Origin: an uncultured Actinomycetota bacterium
GTDB taxonomy: Bacteria > Actinomycetota > Actinomycetes > JAFAQI01
Assembly: GCA_963770565.1 (NCBI GenBank)
Contig: CAVYQE010000001.1
Coordinates: forward strand, 864,001-928,000
Direction: 5' to 3'
DNA length: 64,000 nucleotides
Shown piece after piece: positions 39,171 to 49,096 of the stretch. Numbering within the stretch: position 1 is the stretch's first letter; every line of letters starts with the position of its first letter. Position numbers and translations under genes: made by a program. The notes under the pieces were generated by a model. The model was not told the origin of the DNA and ran no database searches. It was given only the letters and a program-made list of their open reading frames with translations.

Positions 39171-39785
39171 ATGCATGAGCCCGAGCAGGCCGAAGAGTGG
39201 GACGCGAGGTACGGCGAGCAGCCGGCGATGTGGAGCGGGCGCCCGAACGGGAGGGTGGTCGCCGAGGTCTTAGGCCTACCCACGGGTCGAGCGCTTGACG
39301 TCGGATGCGGCGAAGGGGCGGATGCGATCTGGCTCGCCGCGCAAGGCTGGACCGTGACCGGGATTGATATCTCGTCCGTGGCGATCGGGCGCGCCCGGGA
39401 GATTGCAGCTAGAGCGGGCGCCGAGGTCGATTGGCGGTGCGGAGATGTTCTGCAGATGAGGCTGCCGTCGGGCGTGTTCGATCTCGTGTCGCTGCAATAT
39501 CCGGCCCTGCCCAAGGCAGCCGGTGATGCGGCGGTGCGCAGATTGCTCGACAAGCTCCAGCCCGGTGGGCTGCTGCTCGCGACATATCACGATCTCAGCG
39601 ACGAGCATTTCGAGCATATGAAGGCCCGTGGCGTCGACCCGGCCGACTACGTCGGGGCTGACGACCTCCGTGAGTTGCTCGGCGACGATTTCACGGTCGA
39701 GCGGTACTCGGTCGAGCCGCGGATCGACCCGCCGTCCGACGCTCATGACATCGCGGATGTCGTCCTGCGCGCTCGACGCCGCTGA
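39171..39785 (+). CDS. Class I SAM-dependent methyltransferase
   Basis: WDARY...WSGRPN, ALDVGCGEGADAIWLA, GIDIS. Confidence 0.88.
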   Translation: MHEPEQAEEWDARYGEQPAMWSGRPNGRVVAEVLGLPTGRALDVGCGEGADAIWLAAQGWTVTGIDISSVAIGRAREIAARAGAEVDWRCGDVLQMRLPSGVFDLVSLQYPALPKAAGDAAVRRLLDKLQPGGLLLATYHDLSDEHFEHMKARGVDPADYVGADDLRELLGDDFTVERYSVEPRIDPPSDAHDIADVVLRARRR

Positions 39786-39852
39786 CCCGCCGACCCGCTG
39801 CTGAGGTAAAGGCGCGGTGCGGGGACGATGGTCGTGACTAACCGGAAAGGCA

Positions 39853-40602
39853 GTGTCGATGTCCAGCGCGCAGTTGTACGACAGCATCGGGGCCACATAC
39901 ACCGCGACCCGGCGTACCGAGCCGCGCATCGCTGCGCAGATCTGGGCCGCACTCGGTGATGCTCGGACCGTGCTCAACGTCGGGGCGGGCACCGGATCGT
40001 ATGAGCCTCCCGACCGCCAGGTCCTCGCGGTCGAGCCGTCAGCCCTCATGCGTTCGCAGCGCCCACCGGACGCGGCGCCATGTGTGGCTGGATCGGCCGA
40101 AAGTCTGCCGTTCGACGACCAGTCCTTCGACGCCGCGATGGCGGTCTGCACCTTGCATCACTGGCAGGACCCGATCGCCGGCCTGCGTGAGATGCGGCGG
40201 GTCGCTCGCCGTCTGGTGGTGTTCGGGTTCGACACCAGCGACCCGAGCCAGTTCTGGCTTACGCGCGACTACCTGCCTGAGTTCGCTGCCTTGAGAGCCT
40301 GCAAAGTGCTGGCGTCGCTGACCGACATTGCTGACGGGATCGACGCTCGGCTGGAACCGGTAGCGATCCCGTGGGACTGCGCCGACGGCTTCTTCGAGGC
40401 CCACTGGCGCCGGCCCGAGGCGTATCTGGGCGAGGGCGTGCGGCGCGGCGTATCGGTGTGGACCAGCGTCGGACCGGACGCCGAGCAGAGGACGGTGGAA
40501 AGCCTTCGTGCCGACCTTGCTTCGGGTCGGTGGATCGCACGAAACCGCGACATCCTCGATCTCGATGCGGCCGAGCTCGGCGCGCGACTTCTGATCGCCT
40601 GA
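39853..40602 (+). CDS. Class I SAM-dependent methyltransferase (type 11)
   Basis: VLNVGAGTGSYE, AESLPFDDQSFDAAM, LHHW. Confidence 0.88.
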   Translation: MSMSSAQLYDSIGATYTATRRTEPRIAAQIWAALGDARTVLNVGAGTGSYEPPDRQVLAVEPSALMRSQRPPDAAPCVAGSAESLPFDDQSFDAAMAVCTLHHWQDPIAGLREMRRVARRLVVFGFDTSDPSQFWLTRDYLPEFAALRACKVLASLTDIADGIDARLEPVAIPWDCADGFFEAHWRRPEAYLGEGVRRGVSVWTSVGPDAEQRTVESLRADLASGRWIARNRDILDLDAAELGARLLIA

Positions 40603-40774
40603 ACCGCCACACGGAGGGGCGACGTCGTTGCCTCGGACGACAGTTCCGCGGAAGCATTCCGCCCGGGTCGTCGCACGGGCTTGAAGCGATCCGACCTTCC
40701 GCTCGCGGCCGCTGACCTTCGACCCTGGTGCGGTCCGTCGACACCGGCCATGCTGCTGGGAGGAGGCGATCGCC

Positions 40775-42052
40775 ATGTCTGCCACTACCGATCGGCGGGA
40801 TGGGACCCTGCTCGACGCCGCGGTCGACATTTTCCGGATGCGTCAATACTTCAACATCGTTGTCCGGGCCCGCGACGTGGCCGCAGGGCTGCGCCACGAC
40901 GCGGGCTTGCTCGACGCGATCCGCCGCGGCCTGGTCCCGCTGCCAACCGACCGCCCGGGTGAGCCGGGCCCGGTCTTTCGGCCCCTGCGCGGCACGGCCC
41001 CAGCCGCCCTCACCGGCCGCGTCGGCGTGGTCGCCACTGGCGGTAGCGGGGCCATGGCCTCGCTGGTCGGCGTCGCCCGCGCTCTGGAGGAGACCGACAG
41101 CCCGGTCTCGGTTTACTCGGTCTGCTCCGGCTCCGCGCTGTTCGGCTTCCCGCTGGGTGCCGGCATGCCCGCCGAGGAGGTCGCAGAGATGACCGTCTCG
41201 CTCCGCCCTGCCGAATACATCGACGTCGGCTGGCGCGAGATCGCGACCCTGCTACCGACCCGGGGACGCGGGTGGGCAGGGCTGCTGCGCGGCGACCGGC
41301 TCGAGGACTTCTACCGGCGCCATCTCGGTAACCTCACCCTCGGCCAGCTGAAGACGCCCACGTATGCGCCGATCTGGAACGTCGAGCACAACCGGCTCGA
41401 CTACCTCGGCCCGCGCACCTACCCGGACCTGCCGGTGGCCCGCGCCATCCGGATGGCTGTGTCGCTGCCGCTGTTCGTTCAACCCGCAGACCTGCACGGG
41501 CTGAAGTGGTGCGACGGGGGCATAGTCGACATCTTCCCGGTGCGGCCGGTGCTGGACATCGAGCCGCCGATCGACGCCGCCGTGGCGCTCAACGGCTTCT
41601 ACCCCCATGAGTTCCGCGGCGAGGACCTGACCGGCTGGGACCGCCGGGCGCTGAGCATCATCTATGCCGCGGCGCAGGTGCGCACCTGCCAGCAAGTGGA
41701 ATTGGCCCGCGAGCATCTGGCTCGCCTCCGCGCCGCCGCCCGCACCATGCTGATCGAGCCGGTTCCCTACGGGAAGGTCGCGGGCACCGGCTTCTATCAC
41801 CAGTTCTTGGACAACCGCGAGTGGCCGGCGTTCATGCGGGCCGGACACGCCGCGACCCTGGCGGCGCTGCGCGGCCGGGGTCACACGCGGCGTAGCCCGA
41901 CCCGGCTTGAGCGGCGGAGTTGCGGAGCTCCGGAGTCAGTTGACGAGGGCGGTCTCGGCGGCGGGGTCGGCGAGCTGCACGTGGGTTGCGGAACCTCGGC
42001 TTGCCAACCAGCCTCGACCTGGTGGGGCGTCGGCGGAAAGTCGGCGAGGTAG
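40775..42052 (+). CDS. Patatin-like phospholipase (atypical motifs)
   Basis: RBS GGAGGAGG; ATGGSGA, VCSGS elbow, AVSLPLF, WCDGG; 3' end overlaps the convergent gene by 117 bp. Confidence 0.75.
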   Translation: MSATTDRRDGTLLDAAVDIFRMRQYFNIVVRARDVAAGLRHDAGLLDAIRRGLVPLPTDRPGEPGPVFRPLRGTAPAALTGRVGVVATGGSGAMASLVGVARALEETDSPVSVYSVCSGSALFGFPLGAGMPAEEVAEMTVSLRPAEYIDVGWREIATLLPTRGRGWAGLLRGDRLEDFYRRHLGNLTLGQLKTPTYAPIWNVEHNRLDYLGPRTYPDLPVARAIRMAVSLPLFVQPADLHGLKWCDGGIVDIFPVRPVLDIEPPIDAAVALNGFYPHEFRGEDLTGWDRRALSIIYAAAQVRTCQQVELAREHLARLRAAARTMLIEPVPYGKVAGTGFYHQFLDNREWPAFMRAGHAATLAALRGRGHTRRSPTRLERRSCGAPESVDEGGLGGGVGELHVGCGTSACQPASTWWGVGGKSAR

Positions 42053-45000
42053 CCGAAGGCCGAGCAACTCGCCGTCCTGCGGGGTGACCGCACCGAGGAG
42101 CAGGCCGGCCTTGGCGCGCCTGGCCTGGGCGATCGGCCCTCGGTAGGCCAACGCCATCGCTTCTATCGACCCGGCGAGCGCGACGATCTGGTCCGGGCGG
42201 GCGGGGGTTCGGACCAGTCGTTCCAGCCGGTCCCACAACGGCCCTTCCGGGAGCAGGTCGGCATCGTCGATCAGTACGTCGGGCGGCGGCCCGTCGCCGG
42301 TGCACAGCGACTCGAGCAGGGCCGCCGCATGATCCTGGTCGTCGGCGGGAAGTCGGATCGCATCGCCGGAAAGGAGCAGCGGCGATTCGTCGCGGCAGCT
42401 CACCGCGAGCCGGCGTCCGGTGAGCTGGTGGGCGAGCAACGTCAGGGCGGTCGTACGACCGGAGCCGGCCGGCCCGGCGATGACGAACGAGCTGCCGATC
42501 TCCCGCCGGGTCAGATGCAGCGGTGAGAGGTCCTCCGCCCGCAGACCGAGGGCGACGGCGTCGCGGCCCGATGCGATCACCGCGCTCATCGGGACCCGTC
42601 GTGGGAGCGGATCGAACCGGCGTACTGGACGCTGTGGCGACCGCCAGCGCCCGGCCACAGCGGCGACCGGCTCATCGGCCCGGGCGAACTGGACCGTCGC
42701 GAGGTCGCTGACCCTGATGCCGCGACCGGGCGGCAAGTCGCGGGGCAGGTCGCGCAGTGGTACCCCGACCAGGGCGAAGTCGCTCGAGTCGGCCAGCCGA
42801 AGCACGAACTTGTCCGAGACCGCCCCGGCCAGCCGACCGGTCAGGCCGCCGCGGTCCGAGGTGGTCAGCAGGTGCAGGCCGGCCGCGGGTCCGTCTACCG
42901 CAAGTCGCAGCAGCGCATCCGCGAGCCGTCCGCCGTCCCGGTGGTCAGTGGCCGCGGCGAGCCCGTCCCAGCTGTCGAGAGCGAGCAGCAGGATCGGCCG
43001 ATCGGCAAATCGGTCGTGCCGACGATGGGCTACCTGCTCGGCGAGGTGGCCGACGAGCCGCTCGACCCGATCGACGTCATGCGCCGGGATCACGCCGCCG
43101 CAGTGCGGGACGTCAGCGAGGTCGGCCAGGTCGCCGGCCGAGTCGATGGCCCAGATCTGAAGGTCATCGGGGCAGTGCCTCGCCGCTGCGGACATCACGA
43201 TCGTGCGGATCGCGGTCGTTCGCCCGCTCCGTGCACCGCCGGCTACGAGAGTCGTGCCTCCGGTCGAAAGGTCGAGCGTCAACGCCACCTGTACGCCGTC
43301 CGCCGGCAGGTCCACCATCCCGCACGGCACCTTCCGGTCAAGGGCGTCGCCGGGCAGACTCGACAGCGCGATCGCGTCGGGGAGCGGCGGAAGCCACGGC
43401 GCCGGACCGCCGCGGACGTCGATCCGCTCGCTCGCCTCGAGCACGGCCGCAATGAGCGCGTCGAGCTCCGTGCGCTCTCCGGTCACGTCAGTCGGCGGCG
43501 CGGGTGGGTTGCCGAGGGCGGCGACCGGCGATTGCTCGACGCGCAGTTCCGGCGAACGCGCGCACGGGCCGCCGACCCGCGCGGCCTGGAACTCGCGCAG
43601 CTCGCCCGGTCCGATCCGCACGAAGCCGCGCCCTGGTGCCCCCGGGCTGATCGCGGCGGCCGCCGGCGAGTCGATCACGTCGCGTGAGTCGTTGTCGCGG
43701 GCGACGGCGAGACAGATTCGCAGCCGGGTGTTGGCCCTGATGTCGGCGGAGACCACCCCCTCGGGCCGTTGGGTGGCGAGGACAAGGTGCACTCCTAGCG
43801 AACGGCCGCGCTGCGCGATACCGACCAGCCCGCCGACGAAGTCCGGCTGATCCTCGGCAAGGGTCGCGAACTCGTCGACGACGATCACCAGCCGGGGCAT
43901 CGCGGTCGTCTCAGCGGTGTTCGGCACGGTCGAGTACGACGCGAAGTCGATTGCGCCGGCCGCCGCGAACAACGACTCGCGACGGCGCAACTCGGCACTC
44001 AACGACATCAGCGCGCGCCTGGTTGTCGCGGCGTCGAGGTCGGTGATCACGCCTACCGTGTGCGGGAGCGCGCCGCACGGCCCGAAAGTCGCGCCGCCCT
44101 TGTGATCGACCAGCAGCAGTGCCAGTTGATCGGGCCGGTTGTCGGCGACGAGACCGGCGACCAGGCCGAGCAACAACTCGCTCTTGCCCGCGCCGGTGGT
44201 GCCCGCCAGCAGCGCGTGCGGACCGTCCCGCCCGAGGTCGACCGCGAGGTGGCCGCTCGCCGTACCGCCGAGCACGACCGACGTCGAGGGCCCGTGCGCC
44301 CACCGCCGGGTGATGGCTTGTACGGCGGACTCGTGGTCGTGGAGGTCGATGCCGCTCGCGGCCGACCAGGGCACAAGGGTTGGCAGGTGGGCGGTGTGCG
44401 GATCGTCGTCGTCCCGGAGTGGGGCCAGGTCACGCGCCGCTATCTCGGCGATGTCGACTCCGACCAGGTCGGGGATGACGTTGATCGGCCGGTGGTCGCC
44501 GGCACGCTGCAGGTCGAGGCGCGGCTGCGGCGTCGCCGCGAAGGTGGCGATCGCCGCGGTGCGAGCGGGGAGCAGGCGCTCGTCGGCCGCGGACCAGACC
44601 ACGAACAGATCGGGACCGGCGAGCTCCGTGAGCCGGACCAGCTCGGCCTGGTCGGCGGCCGGTCCAGCCGAGTCGACGACGACCAACGTCGGCACCCGAC
44701 CGGCACGGTCACGGTCATGCTGCTTGGTCAGCGCACCGATCATGGGGGCCACCTGCTCGGCGTCGAAGCCGAGCAGCGCCGTGCACCGCTCACCCCGTGC
44801 GGCCACATGCGGGAGCCACCTCGCCCACGCCCAGTCATCGGCCCGGCCGGGTGCGAGCAGTACGAGCCGGAGCTGCGACGGGCCGTGCAACGTCGCGGCC
44901 TGCAGGACCAGCGAGCGCAACAGTGCGCTTCTTCGCTCGCGGGGGCCGCAGATTCCGAGCACGCCGACCTCACGCACGGCGACCGTGATCGGTATGTCGG

Positions 45001-46081
45001 TCGCGGTCACGCTCGGCCGACCGGTTACCCGCACCTCGCTGGGTGCGTCACCCCGGCCGAGCCTCAGCACAAGCGCGTCGCGGTCGGCGGCCACCCGGCT
45101 CCACAATGTGCGGTCGCGGCCGCGGGCGGCGGCGATCAGCTCGCCGACACCCGGCGCTGCCGCGTGCCGGCGGCGATGCTCCGCGGCCAGTGCCGCCGAG
45201 AGCTGCTCGTCGGCCAAAGTGGTCGCCTGCTCGTGATCCCGAGCGGCCCGTCGCGCCGACTGGCGCGCGGAGCGGCGGTCACCGGCTGCTTGCGCCAGGA
45301 TCATCACCGGCGAGAGCGCGGTGAACGCGAGGAACTCCCACTGGCGGAGCACGAGCGCGAGCACGATCCCGGCGACCAGCGGAGCGATGGCGGCGAGCAC
45401 CGGCACCCGAGGTGGTGGCGGGGGCTCGGGCGCCGGCGGGAACCCGATCGCGACAACACCAACGGCCGGCTCCATCCGCGGCGCCCGGTGGACCGCCAGA
45501 CCGCCGTCGGGCCGCGGCGTGCTCGCGCTGGCCGGTGCCGGCGGCTCCAGGCGAAGTCGGCTGTCACCGAGGTGCAGCTCGCGGTCGAACGGGAGGCTGG
45601 TCGCCACACCGGCATCGAGCGGATGGCCGCCCAGGCTCGTGCCATTGGCGGAGCCGAGGTCCGAGACGGTGGTCCCGCCGCTGCCGACCCGGACTAGCAG
45701 GTGCCGGCGGCTGATCGCGGCGTCGTGGACCGCGAGGCTGCAGCCGGGCTCGCGACCCACGACGTGCTCGCCGTCGGTCAGGAGCAGCCGTCGTCCGGCG
45801 TCCGGGCCGCAGGTGACGACGAGCTCTGGTACGGCGGCCAGCTCCTGCGCTGCCGGGTTGCCCACCCGCACGATCGCGCCGTCGACCAGATGACAGTCGG
45901 CCGCGGTGCTGGCGGCGGCGATCGACCGGCCGTCGACGGTGACCGGCTGTCCGGGGTCGGCGGCCACCGCTTCGCACAAGGCGGTCACGAGCGCATCCGC
46001 GGGCATGGCGTCCGGTACCCGCAGGCTCAGGTCGGCGCGGGTGCCGCTTCCGGTCGCGATCACCGTCACTGTCACGTCCAC
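41936..46081 (-). CDS. FHA-domain FtsK/SpoIIIE (EssC/EccC-like) ATPase
   Basis: FHA (VGRE...ISRRH...DLGSANGT), 2 TM, GPHALLAGTTGAGKSE, VDHKGG, VVDEFA, RGRSLGVHLVLATQRP, two further degenerate P-loops (GRTT). Confidence 0.9.
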   Translation of the reverse strand: MDVTVTVIATGSGTRADLSLRVPDAMPADALVTALCEAVAADPGQPVTVDGRSIAAASTAADCHLVDGAIVRVGNPAAQELAAVPELVVTCGPDAGRRLLLTDGEHVVGREPGCSLAVHDAAISRRHLLVRVGSGGTTVSDLGSANGTSLGGHPLDAGVATSLPFDRELHLGDSRLRLEPPAPASASTPRPDGGLAVHRAPRMEPAVGVVAIGFPPAPEPPPPPRVPVLAAIAPLVAGIVLALVLRQWEFLAFTALSPVMILAQAAGDRRSARQSARRAARDHEQATTLADEQLSAALAAEHRRRHAAAPGVGELIAAARGRDRTLWSRVAADRDALVLRLGRGDAPSEVRVTGRPSVTATDIPITVAVREVGVLGICGPRERRSALLRSLVLQAATLHGPSQLRLVLLAPGRADDWAWARWLPHVAARGERCTALLGFDAEQVAPMIGALTKQHDRDRAGRVPTLVVVDSAGPAADQAELVRLTELAGPDLFVVWSAADERLLPARTAAIATFAATPQPRLDLQRAGDHRPINVIPDLVGVDIAEIAARDLAPLRDDDDPHTAHLPTLVPWSAASGIDLHDHESAVQAITRRWAHGPSTSVVLGGTASGHLAVDLGRDGPHALLAGTTGAGKSELLLGLVAGLVADNRPDQLALLLVDHKGGATFGPCGALPHTVGVITDLDAATTRRALMSLSAELRRRESLFAAAGAIDFASYSTVPNTAETTAMPRLVIVVDEFATLAEDQPDFVGGLVGIAQRGRSLGVHLVLATQRPEGVVSADIRANTRLRICLAVARDNDSRDVIDSPAAAAISPGAPGRGFVRIGPGELREFQAARVGGPCARSPELRVEQSPVAALGNPPAPPTDVTGERTELDALIAAVLEASERIDVRGGPAPWLPPLPDAIALSSLPGDALDRKVPCGMVDLPADGVQVALTLDLSTGGTTLVAGGARSGRTTAIRTIVMSAAARHCPDDLQIWAIDSAGDLADLADVPHCGGVIPAHDVDRVERLVGHLAEQVAHRRHDRFADRPILLLALDSWDGLAAATDHRDGGRLADALLRLAVDGPAAGLHLLTTSDRGGLTGRLAGAVSDKFVLRLADSSDFALVGVPLRDLPRDLPPGRGIRVSDLATVQFARADEPVAAVAGRWRSPQRPVRRFDPLPRRVPMSAVIASGRDAVALGLRAEDLSPLHLTRREIGSSFVIAGPAGSGRTTALTLLAHQLTGRRLAVSCRDESPLLLSGDAIRLPADDQDHAAALLESLCTGDGPPPDVLIDDADLLPEGPLWDRLERLVRTPARPDQIVALAGSIEAMALAYRGPIAQARRAKAGLLLGAVTPQDGELLGLRLPRRLSADAPPGRGWLASRGSATHVQLADPAAETALVN

Positions 46082-46087
46082 GTCCGG

Positions 46088-46130
46088 ACGCTAGGCACGA
46101 TCGCCCTACCTCGCACCAGGTTGTCCACAG
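46088..46130 (-). promoter_or_regulatory. CTGTGGACAAC motif plus -10 TAGCGT, leaderless geometry
   Basis: Minus strand: CTGTGGACAAC (46130-46120), 26-nt spacer, TAGCGT (46093-46088), 6 nt, GTG 46081. Confidence 0.55.
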
Positions 46131-46173
46131 CCGGCCGCCGGCAGGGGCCTCGGCGGCCGGCTCCCAGCGGGGT

Positions 46174-46614
46174 CTACCAGCGGTGCCGCCGCCGGTCGTG
46201 GCTCAACAGCCAGAGTGCCGCCAGCACACCGATCAGTAGCCACGGGTGATACAGCGAGACGACGGTGTGCGCGATCGTGCTGACGATCACGACGAGCAGG
46301 ATCACCAAGAGCAGGCGGTGCACCAGCGGCCCACCCGCTCGTGGTCGGTTGACCGGGAGGTTGTCGTTGCCGTCGGTGGGCGGTAGGTCGTAGAACAAGC
46401 CGCCGAGGTCGGATCGGGTCTTCGCCGACATCGCCTGCTCCATCCGCTCGTTGAACTCCTCCTGGTCCAGCCGACCTTCAGCGAAGTGCTTGGACAGCCG
46501 GTCGGCCACGTCGTGGCGTTCGGCGTCGGAGACCCGCAGATCGGAGCCGGAGTAGCGCATGCCGCGGCGGGCGCTGGCGCTTCGCATCCAGGGTGGGCCG
46601 GCTTGGGTTGACAT
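46174..46614 (-). CDS. DUF1707 (SHOCT-like) membrane protein
   Basis: LRVSDAERHDVADRLSKHFAEGRLDQEEFNERM...AKTRSDLGGLFYDLP, C-terminal TM helices. Confidence 0.85.
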   Translation of the reverse strand: MSTQAGPPWMRSASARRGMRYSGSDLRVSDAERHDVADRLSKHFAEGRLDQEEFNERMEQAMSAKTRSDLGGLFYDLPPTDGNDNLPVNRPRAGGPLVHRLLLVILLVVIVSTIAHTVVSLYHPWLLIGVLAALWLLSHDRRRHRW

Positions 46615-46627
46615 CAGACCTCCCTGG

Positions 46628-46912
46628 TCAGTGCGACGGCACACGCGGCGACCGGCCGAGGAAGTCCGCGGCGATCGACTGCTCGGCACCCTCCTCCGGG
46701 ATGAGCAGCCAGCCGGCGAGGTAGATCGCGACTCCCGCGCCACCGATCACAGCCAGTACGGCGATGACGATCCGGACCAGCGTGACGTCGACGTCGAGAT
46801 AGTCAGCGAGGCCCACGGCCACGCCGGCCAGCAGGCGATCGTTGATCGGGCGCTGGAGCGGTCGGCTTCGGAGGCCCGGCTCGGGCCGGGTTGAGCTACT
46901 GGTTGTGTCCAT
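46628..46912 (-). CDS. pspC: PspC domain protein
   Basis: LQRPINDRLLAGVAVGLADYLDVDVTLVRI...IYLAGWLLIPEE. Confidence 0.88.
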   Translation of the reverse strand: MDTTSSSTRPEPGLRSRPLQRPINDRLLAGVAVGLADYLDVDVTLVRIVIAVLAVIGGAGVAIYLAGWLLIPEEGAEQSIAADFLGRSPRVPSH

Positions 46913-46947
46913 GCCCCCAGCGTCGCTTCAGTGCCGCGACCTGCCAA

Positions 46948-47007
46948 TCGGGATCACCCCGGGTCCGACCCTGAATACTCCGGGACCGGATCAGGGTTGA
47001 TCCTGAT
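46948..47007. promoter_or_regulatory. Three TCAGGG-N4-CCCTGA-like operator candidates in the divergent psp promoter
   Basis: TCGGGA-TCAC-CCCGGG (46948), CCGGGT-CCGA-CCCTGA (46959), TCAGGG-TTGA-TCCTGA (46991). Confidence 0.5.
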
Positions 47008-47040
47008 GCCGGCGCCGGCGCGGCGGGGGACGATCGAGCG

Positions 47041-48393
47041 GTGAGCCAAACGCCCCCGTGGCAGGACAATGGAGCCATGGGGCCGCGCGAACGCCGGGAC
47101 TACTACCGGCATCACCCGCGCCATCGGGGCTGGCACGGGCGATGGCGGGCGTCGATGCGGGCTGGCCCGCCGCGGCGGACCCAGGACGACCGGATGATCG
47201 GTGGCGTCGCCGCCGGAGTCTCGGCGTGGATCGGCATCGACGTCACGATCGTTCGGCTCGGGTTCGTGCTTGCCGCGCTGCTCAGTGGCTTCGGCCTGGC
47301 CGCCTACGTGCTGGCGTGGCTCATGCTGCCCGCGGTCGGCGAGACCCGCCCGATCGCGAGCAAAGCCGTCGCCGACCGACGCGGGATCGCGCTTGCGGCT
47401 GCGCTCGGATCCATGTTGATCGTGGTGTTGTTCATCGCCGCCGCACTCCACGTCGCGTGGGTCAGCTCGCTTGCACTCCCGGTCATCGTCAGCGGGGCCG
47501 GCCTGGTGCTGATCGCGCGCAATGCGACGCCCGGCGAGCAGGCCGATCTTCGGCAGATCGTGGACTCGGTCGTCGGGCTCGGTGCCGGCCATCGGCGCAC
47601 CCCGACGGTCGCGAGGCTGATCATCGCCGGCGTCCTGCTGATCCTCGGTCTCGGCGCGGTGGTCTCGGGTCACCCGAGCCGGGCGCTGGCCCGGCCGCTC
47701 GGCGGCATCGCGTTGGTGATCGCCGCGGCCCTCGTCGTACTCGGCCCGTGGTGGCTCCGGATCGGACGTGACCTGGTCGTCGAGCGCCAGGCGCGCGCCC
47801 GCGCCGAGGAGCGCGCCGACATCGCTTCGCGGGTGCACGACTCGGTCCTGCAGACCCTGGCGCTGATCCAGCTGCATGTCGACGAGCCGCAGCGGGTGAT
47901 CCAGCTGGCGCGGGCCCAGGAGCGGGAGCTGCGGTCCTGGCTGTTCGACGGTCGGGCCCCCGGGTCCATCCCGGAGCCCGGGATGACGGTCGCAGCCGGC
48001 GTGCGGCTGATCCAGCAGGAGGTCGAGGCAGCGCACGGGGTGGCGGTCGAGGCGATCACGGTCGGTGACTGCGAGCTCGACGACGACCTGGCCGCGCTGC
48101 TGGCGGCGGCGCGCGAGGCGACAGTCAACGCGGTCAAGTGGTCGGGCTGCTCGGTGGTATCGGTCTTCGCCGAGGTTCAGCCGGATGCGGTGTCGGTCTT
48201 CGTCCGTGACCGCGGGACCGGTTTCGACCCGGCCGCGGTGCCGGCCGACCGCAAGGGTCTCGCCGAGTCGGTCCATGCGCGGATGTCGCGGCGCGGCGGC
48301 ACCGCGACCGTCCGCAGCGTGCCGGGCGAGGGAACCGAGGTGTCGTTGACGATGCCGCGGTCCACCCGCGACCGGCAGCAGGCCCGCTCATGA
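47041..48393 (+). CDS. PspC-domain sensor histidine kinase (start uncertain)
   Basis: PspC repeat DRMIGGVAAG, TM helices, IASRVHDSVLQTLALIQ, FVRDRGTGFD, GEGTEV. Confidence 0.88.
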   Translation: MSQTPPWQDNGAMGPRERRDYYRHHPRHRGWHGRWRASMRAGPPRRTQDDRMIGGVAAGVSAWIGIDVTIVRLGFVLAALLSGFGLAAYVLAWLMLPAVGETRPIASKAVADRRGIALAAALGSMLIVVLFIAAALHVAWVSSLALPVIVSGAGLVLIARNATPGEQADLRQIVDSVVGLGAGHRRTPTVARLIIAGVLLILGLGAVVSGHPSRALARPLGGIALVIAAALVVLGPWWLRIGRDLVVERQARARAEERADIASRVHDSVLQTLALIQLHVDEPQRVIQLARAQERELRSWLFDGRAPGSIPEPGMTVAAGVRLIQQEVEAAHGVAVEAITVGDCELDDDLAALLAAAREATVNAVKWSGCSVVSVFAEVQPDAVSVFVRDRGTGFDPAAVPADRKGLAESVHARMSRRGGTATVRSVPGEGTEVSLTMPRSTRDRQQARS

Positions 48394-49073
48394 CGACGCC
48401 GGAGCCACCGGCAGATCCGGTCCGCCGACCGACCGTGCTCATCGTCGACGACCACAGTCTGTTCCGGTCCGGCGTCCGGTCCGAGCTCGCCAACCGGGTG
48501 GACGTGATCGGCGAGGCCGACGACGTCGACCCGGCGATCGCCCTGATCAACGCGCTGGTGCCGGACGTGGTCCTGCTCGACGTCCATCTGCCGGCCGGCA
48601 GCGGCCAGGCCGTGGTCAGCGCGGTCAAGGACACGCATCCGCAGGTTCGCTTCCTCGCGCTGTCCGCGTCGGATGCACCCGAGGACGTGATCGCAGTGAT
48701 CCGGGCCGGCGCCCGCGGGTACGTGACAAAGACGATCTCCTCGACCGAGCTCGTCGATGCGATCCACCGGGTCGCGCTCGGCGAGGCCGTCATCCTGCCG
48801 AGGCTGGCCGGGTTCGTGCTCGACGCGTTCGCGGCCACACCGGCACAGGAGCCGCACCCGCAGTCGGTCGACACCGAGCTCGAGCAGATCACCCCGCGCG
48901 AGCGCGAAGTGCTTCGGTTGATCGCCCGCGGCTATACCTACAAGGAGATCGCCCGGGAGCTGTTCATCTCGACGAAGACGGTCGAGAGCCACGTCTCGTC
49001 CGTGCTGCGCAAGCTGCAACTCTCCACCCGCCACCAGCTGACCCGCTGGGCGAACGAGCGACGGCTTACCTAG
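48390..49073 (+). CDS. LuxR-family response regulator
   Basis: LIVDDHSLFRSGV; ITPREREVLRLIARGYTYKEIARELFISTKTVESHVS. Confidence 0.92.
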   Translation: MTTPEPPADPVRRPTVLIVDDHSLFRSGVRSELANRVDVIGEADDVDPAIALINALVPDVVLLDVHLPAGSGQAVVSAVKDTHPQVRFLALSASDAPEDVIAVIRAGARGYVTKTISSTELVDAIHRVALGEAVILPRLAGFVLDAFAATPAQEPHPQSVDTELEQITPREREVLRLIARGYTYKEIARELFISTKTVESHVSSVLRKLQLSTRHQLTRWANERRLT

Positions 49074-49096
49074 CCGGTTCAAATCCTGGCGAACGC

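Noticed and set aside
19446-46130. Possible oriC given perfect DnaA boxes
   Set aside because: Boxes are isolated and kilobases apart, with no dnaA/dnaN or AT-rich unwinding region
49073-49090. tRNA T-arm-like GCCGGTTCAAATCCTGGC
   Set aside because: Stem imperfect, upstream is coding sequence, no cloverleaf or CCA, no integrase nearby
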